Of a stretch of 64,000 bases of DNA, positions 25,903-39,339 are shown piece by piece. Under the pieces are notes generated by a model. It did not search any database, had not been told where the DNA came from, and saw nothing but the letters and a program-made list of their open reading frames with translations. Origin of the DNA: Octopus sinensis (Eukaryota); assembly GCF_006345805.1 (NCBI RefSeq), contig NC_043010.1, positions 496,001-560,000 of the forward strand, read 5' to 3'. Position numbers and translations under genes: made by a program. Positions within the stretch are counted from its first letter, which is position 1; every line of letters starts with the position of its first letter.

Positions 25903-26065
25903 ATATATATATATGACGGGCTTCTTTCAGTTTCCATCTACCAAATCCACTCACAAGGCTTTGGTTGGCCTGAGGCTATAGTAGAAGACACTTGCCCAAG
26001 GTCTCACACAGTGGGACTGGACCTGAAACCATGTGGTTGGTAAGCAAGCTACTTACCAAACAGCC
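25591..26065 (-). mobile_element. SINE family A, full-length
   Basis: Reverse complement of the reference copy. Confidence 0.92.
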
Positions 26066-26269
26066 AAAAAAAAAAAAATTTGCATCTTATATACCATCAT
26101 ATGCTAATATCATGTCATTCTGAAGATTGGACTGTGAAAGTCTAGAAATGTTGATAAAGGCTTTGGGAACTGCCCCCTTCCAAACAAGCTGCATAGAAAT
26201 AATAAAAAATAAATAAAACGTTGATTCCCTTAACCCAAGCTAAAACTAGGACTTGATCATGTTTTTACT

Positions 26270-26480
26270 ACAGATTTAAAATCTTCTCTGTATAATGAGA
26301 GAAAAACTACATATTGAGGAATTAGTGTGTAAGAGACAAGGCTGACCTTGTGATGGTATGGAGAATGCCAGTTCAACAAGGGAGAGGTAACATGCTGAAT
26401 AAAAGGAATCTGGGATAGCAGAAGCCCTAGAAAGACAGGGTAAGAAGTGGTGGAGGGGATGGTGAAAGATTCAAGCAAGT
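26270..26480 (+). mobile_element. Very degenerate RTE C-terminal remnant
   Basis: gatggtatgga and agcagaagccctagaaagacagggtaagaagtggtg recall WYG and GRPRKTWxEVV. Confidence 0.4.
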
Positions 26481-27274
26481 GTAGAGTTAATGTGTGAAAG
26501 AAAGACCATTATTTTCAAGCAAGAATAGAAAAAAAAAAATAGACATTTGATGATGATGATGATGGTGCAATGAGGACAATGATGAGGATGATGGTGGTGA
26601 CAGTGGCAGTGATAGAGTTGATGCTGACAGGAGTAATGATGATGGTAAAGATGATGATGATGACAATGAAGATGATGATGATGATGATGAGGAGGAGGAG
26701 GAGTGGAGGTGGAGCAAGAATGCAGAAACCAACCAACACATAATTTTGAATGGTCAATAAATATATTACATGCGAGTCATATGTATTAACAAAAGACATA
26801 TCATAAACAAAATACTGGAATACATCCAGCTTTAGAAACAGAATTGAAAGAGAATACATTGAATGTAGAAAATATGCTGCAGCATGCTCTCAGTATATTG
26901 GGTATTTGAGAGATGGAAAGAAGGCAACTTTTACAGAGTCAAAACAAACAGCCTCTTGGAATTAGCTTAATGTATCAAAAAGGGAATGCTACATGTGATT
27001 AATGTGTTATTGATCTCTGTTGTAAAGGTTCTGGTTGTGGCAATGGTACTGGCAGTAGTGTTAAAAGTGGTGGTGGTTTACCCTTGGTATAATGTTGGTG
27101 ATTCAGTAATATTGCTAGGGATTTGTGGTGGTGGTTTTTATTGTCATGGCTTTTGTGAGGGATTTCTTTCAAAATCAGATTTGCATATCTTTGAACATTT
27201 GTCTTCTGTACACACGCACACACACGCACATGCACGCACACACACACACACATGTATAAAAATCCATCTATCTG

Positions 27275-27720
27275 TATGGTTGAGATATTTGCTCCCCAGC
27301 GATGTAGGATTAGATTCAATCCCACTGCTTGGTACCTTGGACAAGTGTCACTTACTATAGCTCTGGATTAACCATAGCCTTGTAACTGAATTTGTTTAAC
27401 AGAAAATGAAATAGCCCCATTATATGTGTGTGTGTGTGTGCACACATGCGATGTGTGTGTGTGCATGTGTGTGTGTGCGTGTATGTGTGTGCTTGTGTGT
27501 ACCCTAGTCTAGACATCATATGATAGCTGTAAGTGAGCAACATCATCATTACACAAAAAAAATGTTGTTCATTTTCAGTCTGCCATGGAAGACATGTCTG
27601 GTCATGGTGAAATGTTACCTTGCTTGGAAACATGTGAGGGTTGGTAACAGGAAGAGCATCGAACTGTAGAAAATCTGCCATTCATGAATGGGAAAAGTGG
27701 ATGTTAAAATGATAGCAATG
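27275..27720 (+). mobile_element. SINE with family A head and family C (RTE-related) tail
   Basis: Head tcaatcccactgcttggtaccttggacaagtgtc, (TG)n hinge, tail ending gaagagcatcgaactgtagaaaatctgcc..gtggatgttaaaatgat. Confidence 0.75.
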
Positions 27721-28100
27721 ATATATCAATGATATATCAATGATATATATATATATTTGTGTAAACTGGCAATGCAGATAGAGTTGGTACAGAAACAATT
27801 GTAAAGAATCACTAAAGATGTGTTAGAGAATTTTCTTCGCCTTCTTCTTTTCATTTGTCTATATGCGTGTGTTTGTCTGTGTGTGTTATATATATATATA
27901 TATATATATTTAAGTAGGTGAATGAATTATCCTATGTTTATCGTCAGCAAGAGAAAATTCGTTTAACCGAAACCTGGTAGCAATTCACGTCAGAAAACAC
28001 GGTTGAAGCGACCTGTCAAGGGTAGAAAACTCGGGTTCATGTGTAGAAATTTGTGTGTTGTATATGAATAAATGAAAGAATGGAGTCGAACGAAGATGTT

Positions 28101-28205
28101 AACAAAATTCCTTTACTCTTGACACATGTTTCGAAGACAGCTTATTTTCATTCCGAAGGAATAAAGGGTGCATTATGCAATCTTCTCATCAGGAAAGAAG
28201 AGGAG
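28101..28205 (-). ncRNA. Type I hammerhead ribozyme, extended stem II (copy 1)
   Basis: Minus strand CUGAUGA (28192-28186), stem II GAAGAU..GUCUUC, GAAAC (28132-28128), AUGU loop, GUC cleavage triplet (cut between 28121 and 28120), stem I closing the ends. Confidence 0.8.
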
Positions 28206-28867
28206 CCTCTCTCGACAACAAGACAAACAAAAATTTCGATGATTTCCTATATAGAAGAATGAGAACATTACTTCTTTAGAAAAAAACCATAATCATCAGA
28301 TGAGACATAATTTTACAAACAAAGAATACCCCAAGAATACAGTAGGGACATGGCTGAAGTCTGTTGAGGATAACTATGAATTAAGGGAATGATCAATGAA
28401 GTTAGCAGTTGTGAGAATTAGGGGGTGGGGTTAGGTTAAGAATATAGTTTGTGAAAGGGTGTAATATGGTATTTAAGGTCAGCGACCCCGGTGAGAAAGG
28501 AGTCTAGCAGACTGGTTCTTGGTAGGCTGGAGGTGAGGTGAAGGTGATATTTTATTATACTAGGCTTAGAGAAGTGGGTAGCTGGGAGAGGACCAATGAT
28601 AAGGTAATGATAAAGAATAAAGAAAGCAAACAGTTAAAGTGAAGAAATATAAATGCATAAATAAAGCCAATTAGGCATAGGGTTGGGGTTTAGGATTTGC
28701 TAGCTAAGGCTAAAGAACAAAGGGAGGAGGGTCGAGATACAGAGAAATTAGGGGTATTCTGTGGATATATTCTGTGGATAAATGCAAACAATTGTAATGA
28801 GCTGACAATTATTCATCATCTGTTCATTTGATTATATATATATATGTATATATATAAATGTGAGATC

Positions 28868-29125
28868 GAATGGCCTAGTGGTTAGTGATCATGATTTTAA
28901 TTCCTAGACCTGGTGGTGCATTGTGTTCTTAAGCAAAACACTTCATCTCATGTTGTTCTGTGATAACTTCAACACCTGACATATGTTGCACCATGCACCT
29001 GTTCAGACAATGTCGATTTGATGGAGAGAGCTAATGTGTGACATGAACATTTGATCACTATAAACGAATCATTTGTGCAAGTCTTTCAGCAAAAGAACTC
29101 AATGCTCATACATCATCTTCAACAG
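28868..29125 (+). mobile_element. tRNA-derived SINE (family H)
   Basis: tggcctagtggttag head; homologous to 1680-1930. Confidence 0.8.
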
Positions 29126-29279
29126 GAGAATCCATCATAGATTTAAATAAATCTAGAATTCTCTTGCCTCATTGATAAACTTGCAGCATCCCTCACCAAC
29201 AACGTGGCATTACATATCAAGCACACTAAATTTCGACTTCTTTTTCTTCTTTCATGGACATTCACAGCTCTTATCCATC

Positions 29280-29500
29280 ATCATTACAATCATCATCATC
29301 ATCGTCATCATTTAACAGCCAAATTTTCTATGCTTTTATGGGTCAGAAACATATTTTCTATGACTGGAGGCCCTTCCTGTCACCAACCCTTACCTGTTCC
29401 CAAGCACATTAATATTTCTCCATGGCCTGTTTATCCAGAATATCGGAAATGAATGACATTCACTTACAAGAATCACGTGACATCAGGACAAGGTGACACT
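29280..29500 (-). mobile_element. Family C tail
   Basis: (CAT)n tail, gcccttcctgtcaccaaccc..ccaagcacattaatatttctccatgg. Confidence 0.8.
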
Positions 29501-30033
29501 AACATACTCATACCCAAACATACATAAATACATATCTATAAAAATACTTGTGCAACATCATCTTAGAAAATACAGGTTTCCTAACCTTTACCACATTTCC
29601 TTTACCTCTGATCTTTACTTAAAAGTAGTTACCATATCATTTTACACACAGCTGAACTTATTCTTAAATACTGTTAGAATCTAGCTATGACCACCACTTC
29701 CTAGGTTGTATTGAGTTACAGATCTTCATACAGCTCACAAATTAAACCTTGAATTTAATAGAACTCTTCAGCTGATATTGTGCCAAAATACACTCATGCA
29801 GAATTTTAAAAATATTTTTTGGTATATAGCTGCTATTTTGTGCTTCTGATATTAACTCATTGATATATAGTGTGATTTGATTTATAAGTCTTACATAAAA
29901 AAAAAATGACTCTATTTGAATTTTGTAATAGTCCAGCTTAATTCTTCATGACTCAGTTTGCATTAAGTACATATACACAGCCATCCATATGCATATAAAT
30001 TATATATACCTGCATATAGATATACATATAAAC

Positions 30034-30070
<37 letters not shown>

Positions 30071-30994
30071 TACACAAGCATATATATATATACCTACATA
30101 CACACATATATATATTTATATATATATATATCCATATGTATGTATATATTTAAATAATATATATATATTGTATATATGATGAGTACACATACATCTATTT
30201 ATATAAATGTATATATTAAAACATATCTGTCTGTATTTATATCTTTTTATCAATCAGTCTATCTCTCTATATATTTATATACACTTATATAAACACACAC
30301 ACACACACATACATGCTAGGAAAGAGTTGAAGCTATATAATCTCATGTGAAATCTTATGAACCATGCCAAAGTCAAGAATGATATTCAGTGCCATCTCAA
30401 AAATTTTGGCAAGACACCAGTCAGATTCATGAAAAATATATAAAAAAAATTCTTTATCAACTAAGAGGTAAAAAAAATTGGTCAATAAATATAAACAACC
30501 ACCTCCATGCCATGGATAATACAACTGATGCAACAATACCTACAATCTTTCAGCTACTGTGCCATTGCTGCCCACCCCCATAGATTTTTCTACATTTATC
30601 ATACATCGCCCCCTCAGACGACTACTACAACTGCACTGCTTAGTCACTATTACTAGTGCCAATATTACAACACAATATAACTGCTATTGGTGCCCAACAT
30701 CCAGCCAGCCACCATCACCACTCTGATATAACCACTACTTTTGTGATCATTGCTGCACTCCACAGCCCCACCCATTTCCACTCCCCACCGATTACCCCAC
30801 CCCCTATACTTTCATCTGTTGTGACCATAACTGAATCCTCCATCAATCAATGCTAACACCATTACCATTAAACACCTTCCCCACCATCGGAACTCTGAAT
30901 GCCAACATCACCACAAGTGAAATCATGTTTGTCTATCTGTCCATTTGTTTGTATACATTAAACTGTACGTATAATTATATATATATAATATATA

Positions 30995-31033
<39 letters not shown>

Positions 31034-32073
31034 TTATATATATGTGTATGTATGTTGTATATATATATGTATTATATATATGCATATATATATATATATT
31101 ATATAATATATATATATATATATGTATTAACATACTATATATATATAAGCACACATATGTAATGTATATGTGTGCATATACATATACATATATATATACC
31201 ATGCACATGTACATCCGTATAAATATATATATATTACACATATATATATGCATGCACAGGCATACACATATATGTATATGCATATAACTATCTATATATA
31301 CATATCTATGTATATATATACATATGTATATATGTATGTACGCATGCACTCACAGAAACGCACACAGCTCACACACACACATATACATACATGCACACAT
31401 GTATATATATATAGATATATATATACATACACACACATGCATACATATATATATAGAGAGAGTGAGAGAAAGAGAGAAAGAGAGAGAGAGAGAGAGAGAG
31501 TAAGAGGGAGTGAGAAAGACAGGTACAGCTTGCTTTCAAATCATACAGTTTCCAGTTCAGTCTCACAGTGCAGAGTTATGGGCTGGTTCGTCTGGTATAG
31601 TTCTGGACTTACCAAAGCTTTGTTCAATGGATTTGAGAGAAAAAAGCTTTTTGTATACATACAGACATACATACACACTATATCTATATATCTATATATA
31701 TATATATATTATATTATATATATATATATATATATATAATTTATAGCATATATATATACATATATATCATACTATATTTATGTATAATATATGTATGTAA
31801 TATATATGTATATATATGTATGTATATATGTTATGAATATATATGTGTATAAATATGTATGTATTATGTATATGTAATATATATATATATATATATAGAG
31901 GAGAGAGAGAGAGAGAGCGGAAAGATAGAAACATATATACATACATACATATATACACAGACACACAAATATTATATATATATATATAATATATATTTAT
32001 AGAAGGAGCTTTACAGGACTAGAACTGTTCATAAATATAAATATTAATATGTGTAATATATATATATATATAA

Positions 32074-32119
<46 letters not shown>

Positions 32120-32269
32120 CATATATATATTATATATATATAATATATATAAATATTATATATATAATATATATATATATATATATTATATAATATATAT
32201 ATATATATATAATATATATATATATATATAAATAAATGAAAAGAATGGAGTCGAACGAAGATTTTAACA

Positions 32270-32372
32270 AATTCCTTTACTTTCGACACATGTTTCGAAG
32301 ACTGCATATTCTTAATTCCGAAGGAATAAAGTGTGCATTATGCCGTCTTCTCTTCAGAGAAGACAAGGAGCA
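32270..32372 (-). ncRNA. Type I hammerhead ribozyme, extended stem II (copy 2)
   Basis: Minus strand CUGAAGA (32357-32351), GAAGAC..GUCUUC, GAAAC (32296-32292), AUGU, GUC (cut between 32285 and 32284), then GAAAGUAAAGGA. Confidence 0.8.
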
Positions 32373-32805
32373 TCTATCAGTCTCACGACGAACAAAATTT
32401 TTTTGATGACTGCCTACATTGTGACCGCAGTGATATATATATATATATATGAGAAAAGATTGAGTTCTACATCATTCTTTTCTTTGAGGGATTCCAACGG
32501 TCGATTTCTAATAAATATTCTTCATATCACATTGGTAGCTTACTGTTGTAAGTATTTTTCGAATATGAAAATGTTATAATTATAAAGTCTGTTATGAGCA
32601 TTTATAGAACATGTATCCTATAGAAACTCAACAAACAATTAAAGATCGAGAAGAGAAGGTGTTATAAGTTTTTAAAAAGATTTAATTCATGCATACGATC
32701 GTTTTGAACGCTAATATTGACATTTAAGTAAATTTTTTACCATATTATTCACATGTTAATATTACATGTTAATATATATTAATATATATATACATATATA
32801 TACAA

Positions 32806-32939
32806 GAGATGCAGCACGGACTTTGTCAGTGAACAGGTCGCGGATTTTAGCAACGAAAATATTTTGACAAATTAAACTTAAATGTTGAAGTGAATCGAAC
32901 GGCTTTTGTGTGTTTCTTAAATGGCTTACAAACACCTTC

Positions 32940-32942
<3 letters not shown>
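32806..32942 (+). repeat. (TA)n-embedded repeat, single arm of the 58887-59177 palindrome family
   Basis: gagatgcagca..ttgtcagtgaacaggtcgc..atggctta(c/t)aaacaccttccac matches 59026-59163. Confidence 0.92.
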
Positions 32943-33010
<68 letters not shown>

Positions 33011-33274
33011 TTATAATATACATATATATATACATATATATATATATACATATATATATACATATATATATACATATAATATACCATACATATATATATA
33101 TATATATACACCATATATATATACATAATATATATACATATACGTATATATATATACATATATATATACATATATATATATATTATATCACACATATATA
33201 TATATATATATACACACACATATATATATACATATATATATATATACATATAAATATATACAATATATATATAC

Positions 33275-33320
<46 letters not shown>

Positions 33321-33324
<4 letters not shown>

Positions 33325-33495
33325 ATATTAATTAGAGACAAAACCACTATTATGCAAATCAAACAAAGAAAGACTTAATCCAATACATAAAAAATTTTAT
33401 ATAAATTAAATATATATATAAAATTTTTTATGTATTGGATTAAGTCTTTCTGTTTGATTTGCATAATAGTGGTTTTGTCTCTAATTAATATTATA
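33321..33495. repeat. Near-perfect palindrome, ~82-bp arms, ~11-bp spacer
   Basis: attagagacaaaaccactattatgcaaatcaaac..ttaatccaatacataaaaaatttt and its reverse complement; one 2-nt indel. Confidence 0.95.
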
Positions 33496-33575
33496 TTATA
33501 TTTTACTATAAAATTGGATTCAGTCCTAAATCTGATTTTTCCCTGTAAATTTGGATTTATTCCCTAATATTTATT

Positions 33576-33607
<32 letters not shown>

Positions 33608-34163
33608 TATACAAACACATGCACATACATACAACCATATATCCATATCAAAATAAGTAAGAAATGGAACAGGTGAAATAAATAGGGTCTACGTCGATAT
33701 GGTCCCAGTGTACCAGTTCCATTCAAACCTTCTTCTTCTAATTCATAGCAAAGTGATGCTTGCTACATAAGTTTGCAGCCTACACAAAAACAGCTTGGCT
33801 TGTCTTCAGGTCCTGTGACCTCTGTGTTGTTTACATTGTCATTGTGAAGCTGAGGAACGGTAAGTGAGAAAAGAATAAAAGCAAAAAGAAGATTAAAACA
33901 AAATGTACACACACACACAGACACACAGACACACAGACAGACAGACACACACACATACACACAAGGAGCAAAAAGGATTAATAAATCCAGGTAGATATCT
34001 ATAAAGTGTTGATAATGTGTTAGCACCTACTTTTGGATATGTTAATTTGCCTGGTATTTGATACTTTCTTCTGTAACTAAACATGATGGCATAAAAGAAA
34101 AGATCATTGGTGATGCATGCCATAATCACCAAATAAGATGTGATTCTCTCCATTCTTCTTGCT

Positions 34164-34196
<33 letters not shown>

Positions 34197-34277
34197 CAAA
34201 AAACCATGTGTGTATTTACCAAACCAAAACAAATGACTGGGTCCTGGTGCAGCCCCCACCACCAGCTTACTAGTTCT

Positions 34278-34343
34278 GTTTACACCTTCTTTTAACCCAT
34301 GCCAGGATGGAAGACAGACATTAAATTACGATGATGATGATGA

Positions 34344-34345
<2 letters not shown>
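34278..34345 (+). mobile_element. Solo RTE tail stub (family B)
   Basis: aacccatgccaggatggaagacagacattaaattac(gat)n. Confidence 0.75.
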
Positions 34346-34390
<45 letters not shown>

Positions 34391-34690
34391 ATATATATAC
34401 ATATCAATCTATCTATATATATTATACATTTATATATATTATATATATTATTAGATATATATATATATATATATATATATGAAAATCAGGACACAAAGGA
34501 TGTTGTGGTACATATGTTCAGGCTTTAGAACAACTTATTTACCAAGTATTCACCCTGAATTTATATATATATAATATATATATATATAATATATATATAC
34601 AATCAATCTATCTATCTATCTATCTATCTATCTATATATATATATGTATATATATATTACATATCTATTTGTCTATCTATCTATCTATCC

Positions 34691-34722
<32 letters not shown>

Positions 34723-34813
34723 CCATCTATCTATCTATCTATCTATCTATATATCTATATATATATGATATATATATATATACATATTTATTTGTCTATC
34801 TATCTATCTATCC

Positions 34814-34883
<70 letters not shown>

Positions 34884-35649
34884 ATATATATATGTATATA
34901 TATATATGTGTGTGTGTGTGTTGTGTGTGTGAGTGTGTGTGTGTATTTGCATACACACTCACATACATGCACATAGATTTTTGAGGGAGAAAATGAATGA
35001 AATATTCTACAAAACATTTTGATGAATATTTTTTGCAAGAATATTCCAATTTTCTTGAATTTAAACACTGAAAATCTACTCATGTTGACTGACTGTCTGT
35101 CTATTGATGGTTCCATATGATGAAATCAAATTTATCCAGAATAAAAATTTTACTGGATATTGCTTGCTTTTTTCTCCTAAGGAATCTGTGTGTGTGTGTG
35201 TGTGTGTGTATCTTTCAATCCATGCTAATATGGAAAATAGATCTTAAATGATGATGATAATGATGACAAACACATGTGTGTGTGCAGGCCTTTCACTGTG
35301 TGTATGTATATAAGTGTATGTCTATATATATATTTATTTATCTATCTACATATATATGTGTGTATACCTGTGTTTGTGGTGGGGTGGATATTTGTGTATT
35401 CATTTCTTTTTGTGTCCACTTGCATGGTTATATGAGGAATATGTTACTAAGACATTGTCTATAGTCTGGTGCTCTTCCTGTTGCTAATCCTTACCTGATT
35501 TTCAAGCAAGGTAATTCCTTATTCCATGCAAGTTTTAAGCTGGTTCATTGACAAGCAAATTAGCAATAACACTTTTGGCAAAGTAAGTAGGATGTAAACA
35601 AGCACATAGGCATTCTCATGCACACATGAAAGAAGCCTGTCATATATTA

Positions 35650-35795
35650 TATATTATATAAAATCTGTTGTCTGTATGTGTGTGTGTCTTCTAGGATCTC
35701 AGGCTTCCTTCATCCGATTGCGCTCAAATTTGATATGTAGATACTTATGGTATCAGGGTGTTTATAAGTCTTGAAAAAATTACAAAAATTGATTC
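35650..35795 (+). mobile_element. Non-autonomous Helitron-like 5' portion
   Basis: tatataaaatctgttgtctgt..ccgattgcgctcaaattt layout resembles 5' ends of non-autonomous Helitrons; not verified. Confidence 0.45.
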
Positions 35796-35796
35796 C

Positions 35797-36037
35797 AGGT
35801 GGCACATAAAAACACCATCCGAGCGTGGCCGTTCGCCAGCCTCGTCTGGCACCTGTGTCGGTGGCACATAAAATCACCCACTACACTCTCGGAGTGGTTG
35901 GCGTTAGGAAGGGCATCCAGCTGTAGAAACACTGCCAGATCTGACTGGCCTGGTGCAGCCTTCGGGCTCCCCAGACCCCAGTTGAACCGTCCAACCCATG
36001 CTAGCATGGAAAGCGGACGTTAAACGATGATGATGAA
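35797..36037 (+). mobile_element. RTE LINE 3' tail (family B), CpG-rich
   Basis: Collinear with 20565-20818. Confidence 0.92.
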
Positions 36038-36385
36038 TGCGATCGATAAAGCCGTTTTTGTCCTGCTTTTCTTCTGTCAACCTGTACATAACTGCACCTT
36101 CCATTTTGTGTTGTTTTTGTTCTGCTTAAAGGCACGTTTCTTTCCTGCCAAGCTTACTGTTTAAACCATGTTTGTGTTCTCCCACCATCAACGCTTATCA
36201 TTACTGGTACTTTAAACTCTTCGGTTGCATATTTGTGTGAATAAAATCATTTTTCTATGGAATAGAAAAAGTCTATCTTCATTTCTTCTTTTGCTGGTGT
36301 CTCAAATTTAGGTTAAATCAGGGGAGGCCTATGGGACAGTCGGTCAAGTTGTTTTGAGAAAATTTGGTTTAGATATTTGACAACT

Positions 36386-36556
36386 CAGGAGTGGCTGTGT
36401 GGTAAGTAGCTTGCTAACCAGCCACATGGTTCCGGGTTCAGTCCCACTGCATGGCACCTTGGGCTAGTGTCTTCTGCTATAGCCCCGGGCTGACCAATCC
36501 CTTGTGAGTGGATGTGGTAGACGGAAACTGAAAGAAGCCTGTCGTATATGTGTGTG

Positions 36557-36612
<56 letters not shown>

Positions 36613-36808
36613 TTGACCCCCTAGCATTGCTTGACAACTGATGCTGGTGTGTTTACGTCCCCGTCACTTAGCGGTTCAGCAAAAGAGACCGATAGAATAA
36701 GTACTGGGCTTACAATGAATAAGTTCCGGGGTCTATTTGCTCGACTAAAGGCGGTGCTCCAGCATGGCCGCAGTCAAATGACTGAAACAAGTAAAAGAGT
36801 AAAAGAGA
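36386..36808 (+). mobile_element. SINE family A, full-length
   Basis: Collinear with the reference copy. Confidence 0.95.
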
Positions 36809-36966
36809 GTCCATTGGGGCATTTTGCTCATATATATACATATATATATATATGTACATTTATATAATGTATATATACCACCATTTGTTACTCTATCCTT
36901 TCTGATTATGCCTATTCATCTGTCAATATATGTATCTACTTCCCTATTTCCCTACCTTCCTTCATA

Positions 36967-37003
<37 letters not shown>

Positions 37004-37647
37004 TTATATATTGTATATAAAGACAAGGTGTTTTACTTATGTCTATTACATACAATGTGGCCTAATCTATAGTAATACACTGTAGGTGTTGTACATAACA
37101 ACATATATATATGCATATATCTATGTATGTAAGTGTGTGTAGGTAAACATATGTATATACTTATTATCTATCTTCTGTTTCTTTGTCAGTCTGTTCGACC
37201 ATTTGCCAGTCTGTCTATCACAGTATGCTGCATAGCAAATGTTAAAATAAATGTTTCTTGTATCCAGTTCCATAGATCAGTTCATAGATTTGCATCTGTT
37301 AGGGACATTATTGATTATATTGCTCCCATAATTCTTATTTTCACTTGAAGATAGGATTAAAGAATTAAAGGAAAAACAGAAAAAATAGATGTTAAGAAGA
37401 AATGGGCTAAATAAATGGATGGAAAATATAAAATATTTCTTTCAGAAACATTTTCATCCATTTTTCTTCTTTCCCCATTTATCTTTTTTTTTAAAAATTA
37501 TTATTAGTTTTGTCTTTACTTTTTATCATTTTTCTTTCTCACTTTGGACATTTAAGGAATGAATGAACATAAAAATAAATACCTACCACCAAGAATGAAA
37601 CACATACATACATAAAAATTAAGTACATAGATACATACATCTATACA

Positions 37648-37678
<31 letters not shown>

Positions 37679-38126
37679 CACACACACATGCAGACATAAA
37701 TAACTACATCCCTCCATCCATACAACACACATACACACACACATGAATATATGCATATAAATACTTACATACATACCTACATACATACATTAATACATTT
37801 GCATATGCATACATGCATACATACATAAATACATAGACACAATTATACATACATACACACGTACATACAACAGCTAAGCCTCAATATAATGGCTAAAATC
37901 AATGTGAAGAATTAAGTTGGTGCCATTTAAGATATCACCAAGTACTTTGAATGCTGAAATCTCAATTTTTTTTCTTTTTTTCTTCCCCCTCACCCCTTTT
38001 TGAAAGAATTTATGTAGACATTTAAATTTTTTTAAAAGAATTTAAAATAGACTGATCTGTCACACAACATCTTTTCACTCGTGATAAATAAATGAATAAA
38101 TAAATAAATAAATAAATAAATTATTA

Positions 38127-38187
<61 letters not shown>

Positions 38188-38634
38188 CTATTTTTCTTAT
38201 CATTATCACCATCATCACCATCATCATCCCTGTCCTCACAATCATCATCATCATTGCTATCTCCATCATCTTTTGGCTTTACAAATTGTTTTCTTGTCAA
38301 ACCACAATTCTTAGGTATTCTTGAATGATCCAACAAAGAATATTATATATATTTTGTTGTTGTTGCTATCATCATCACCATCATCACCATCATCATCGTC
38401 ATCATCGTCATTGTTATTATTCTTCTTATTTTTTTGCATCAAGCATGTTTCCACTCATACATTCATAAATATTAATGTATATATATATCAATATATACAT
38501 ATAGCTTTAAATGCATACACTACATCATATATGCATAAAACATTTGTATATACCAAGCATTGGGCACAGACTTATTCAGTAAATTATGCGCATAATAAAA
38601 TAAAAAATAAAAATAAGAACTACTAGTACTATTT

Positions 38635-38737
38635 TCTTCTTCTTCTTCTTCTTCTTCTTCTTCTTCTTCTTCTTCTTCTTCTTCTTCTTCTTCTTCTTCT
38701 TCTTCTTCTTCTTCTCTTCTTTCTTCTCTTCTTCGTA

Positions 38738-38777
<40 letters not shown>

Positions 38778-38780
38778 TAT
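38635..38780. repeat. (CTT)n followed by (TAT)n microsatellite
   Basis: Direct reading. Confidence 0.95.
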
Positions 38781-38850
38781 AGCTGACCCAGTAGGACATA
38801 TTTTTGACTTGCTCTTCAAAGCGAAAGTTATTTCCCCACATGAAATAATT

Positions 38851-39264
38851 TGGCTGTGTGGTAAGAAGTTTGTTCCCCAACCACATAGTTCCAGGTTCAG
38901 TCCCACTGCATGGAACCTTGGGCGTGCCTCTTCTACTATAGCCTTGGGCCAACCAAAGACTTGTGAATGGATTTGGCAGATGGAAACTGAGAGAAGCCCA
39001 TCAAATCTATCTATGTATATATCTATCTAACTATATAAACATATGTGTGTGTATGTCCAGTTCTTTGTCATAGCTTGACAATTGGTGTTTGTTTTAATTA
39101 TGTTCCTGTAAGCTAGTGGTTCAGCAAAAAGAGATCGACATAATAAGTTCCAGACATAAAGTAAAAAAAAAAAAAAAGTATTGGGGCTGTTTCATTTGAC
39201 TTAAAAGTCTTTCAAAGCAGTGCTCCAGCCTGGCCACAGTCTAATGACTGAATCAGAGAAAAGA
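38851..39264 (+). mobile_element. SINE family A, full-length
   Basis: Collinear with the reference copy. Confidence 0.88.
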
Positions 39265-39339
39265 CATATGTATGTATGTGTGCGTGTGTGTGTGTGCGTG
39301 TGTGTGTATGCGTATGTGTGTGTGTGTGCATGTGCATGT

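Noticed and set aside
28410-28700. TTAGG-like interstitial telomere
   Set aside because: Only scattered G-rich words, no tandem array
36290-36350. Possible Tc1-like WPxxSPDLNP remnant on the minus strand
   Set aside because: It needs indels and a stop to fit, and no other transposase motif is nearby
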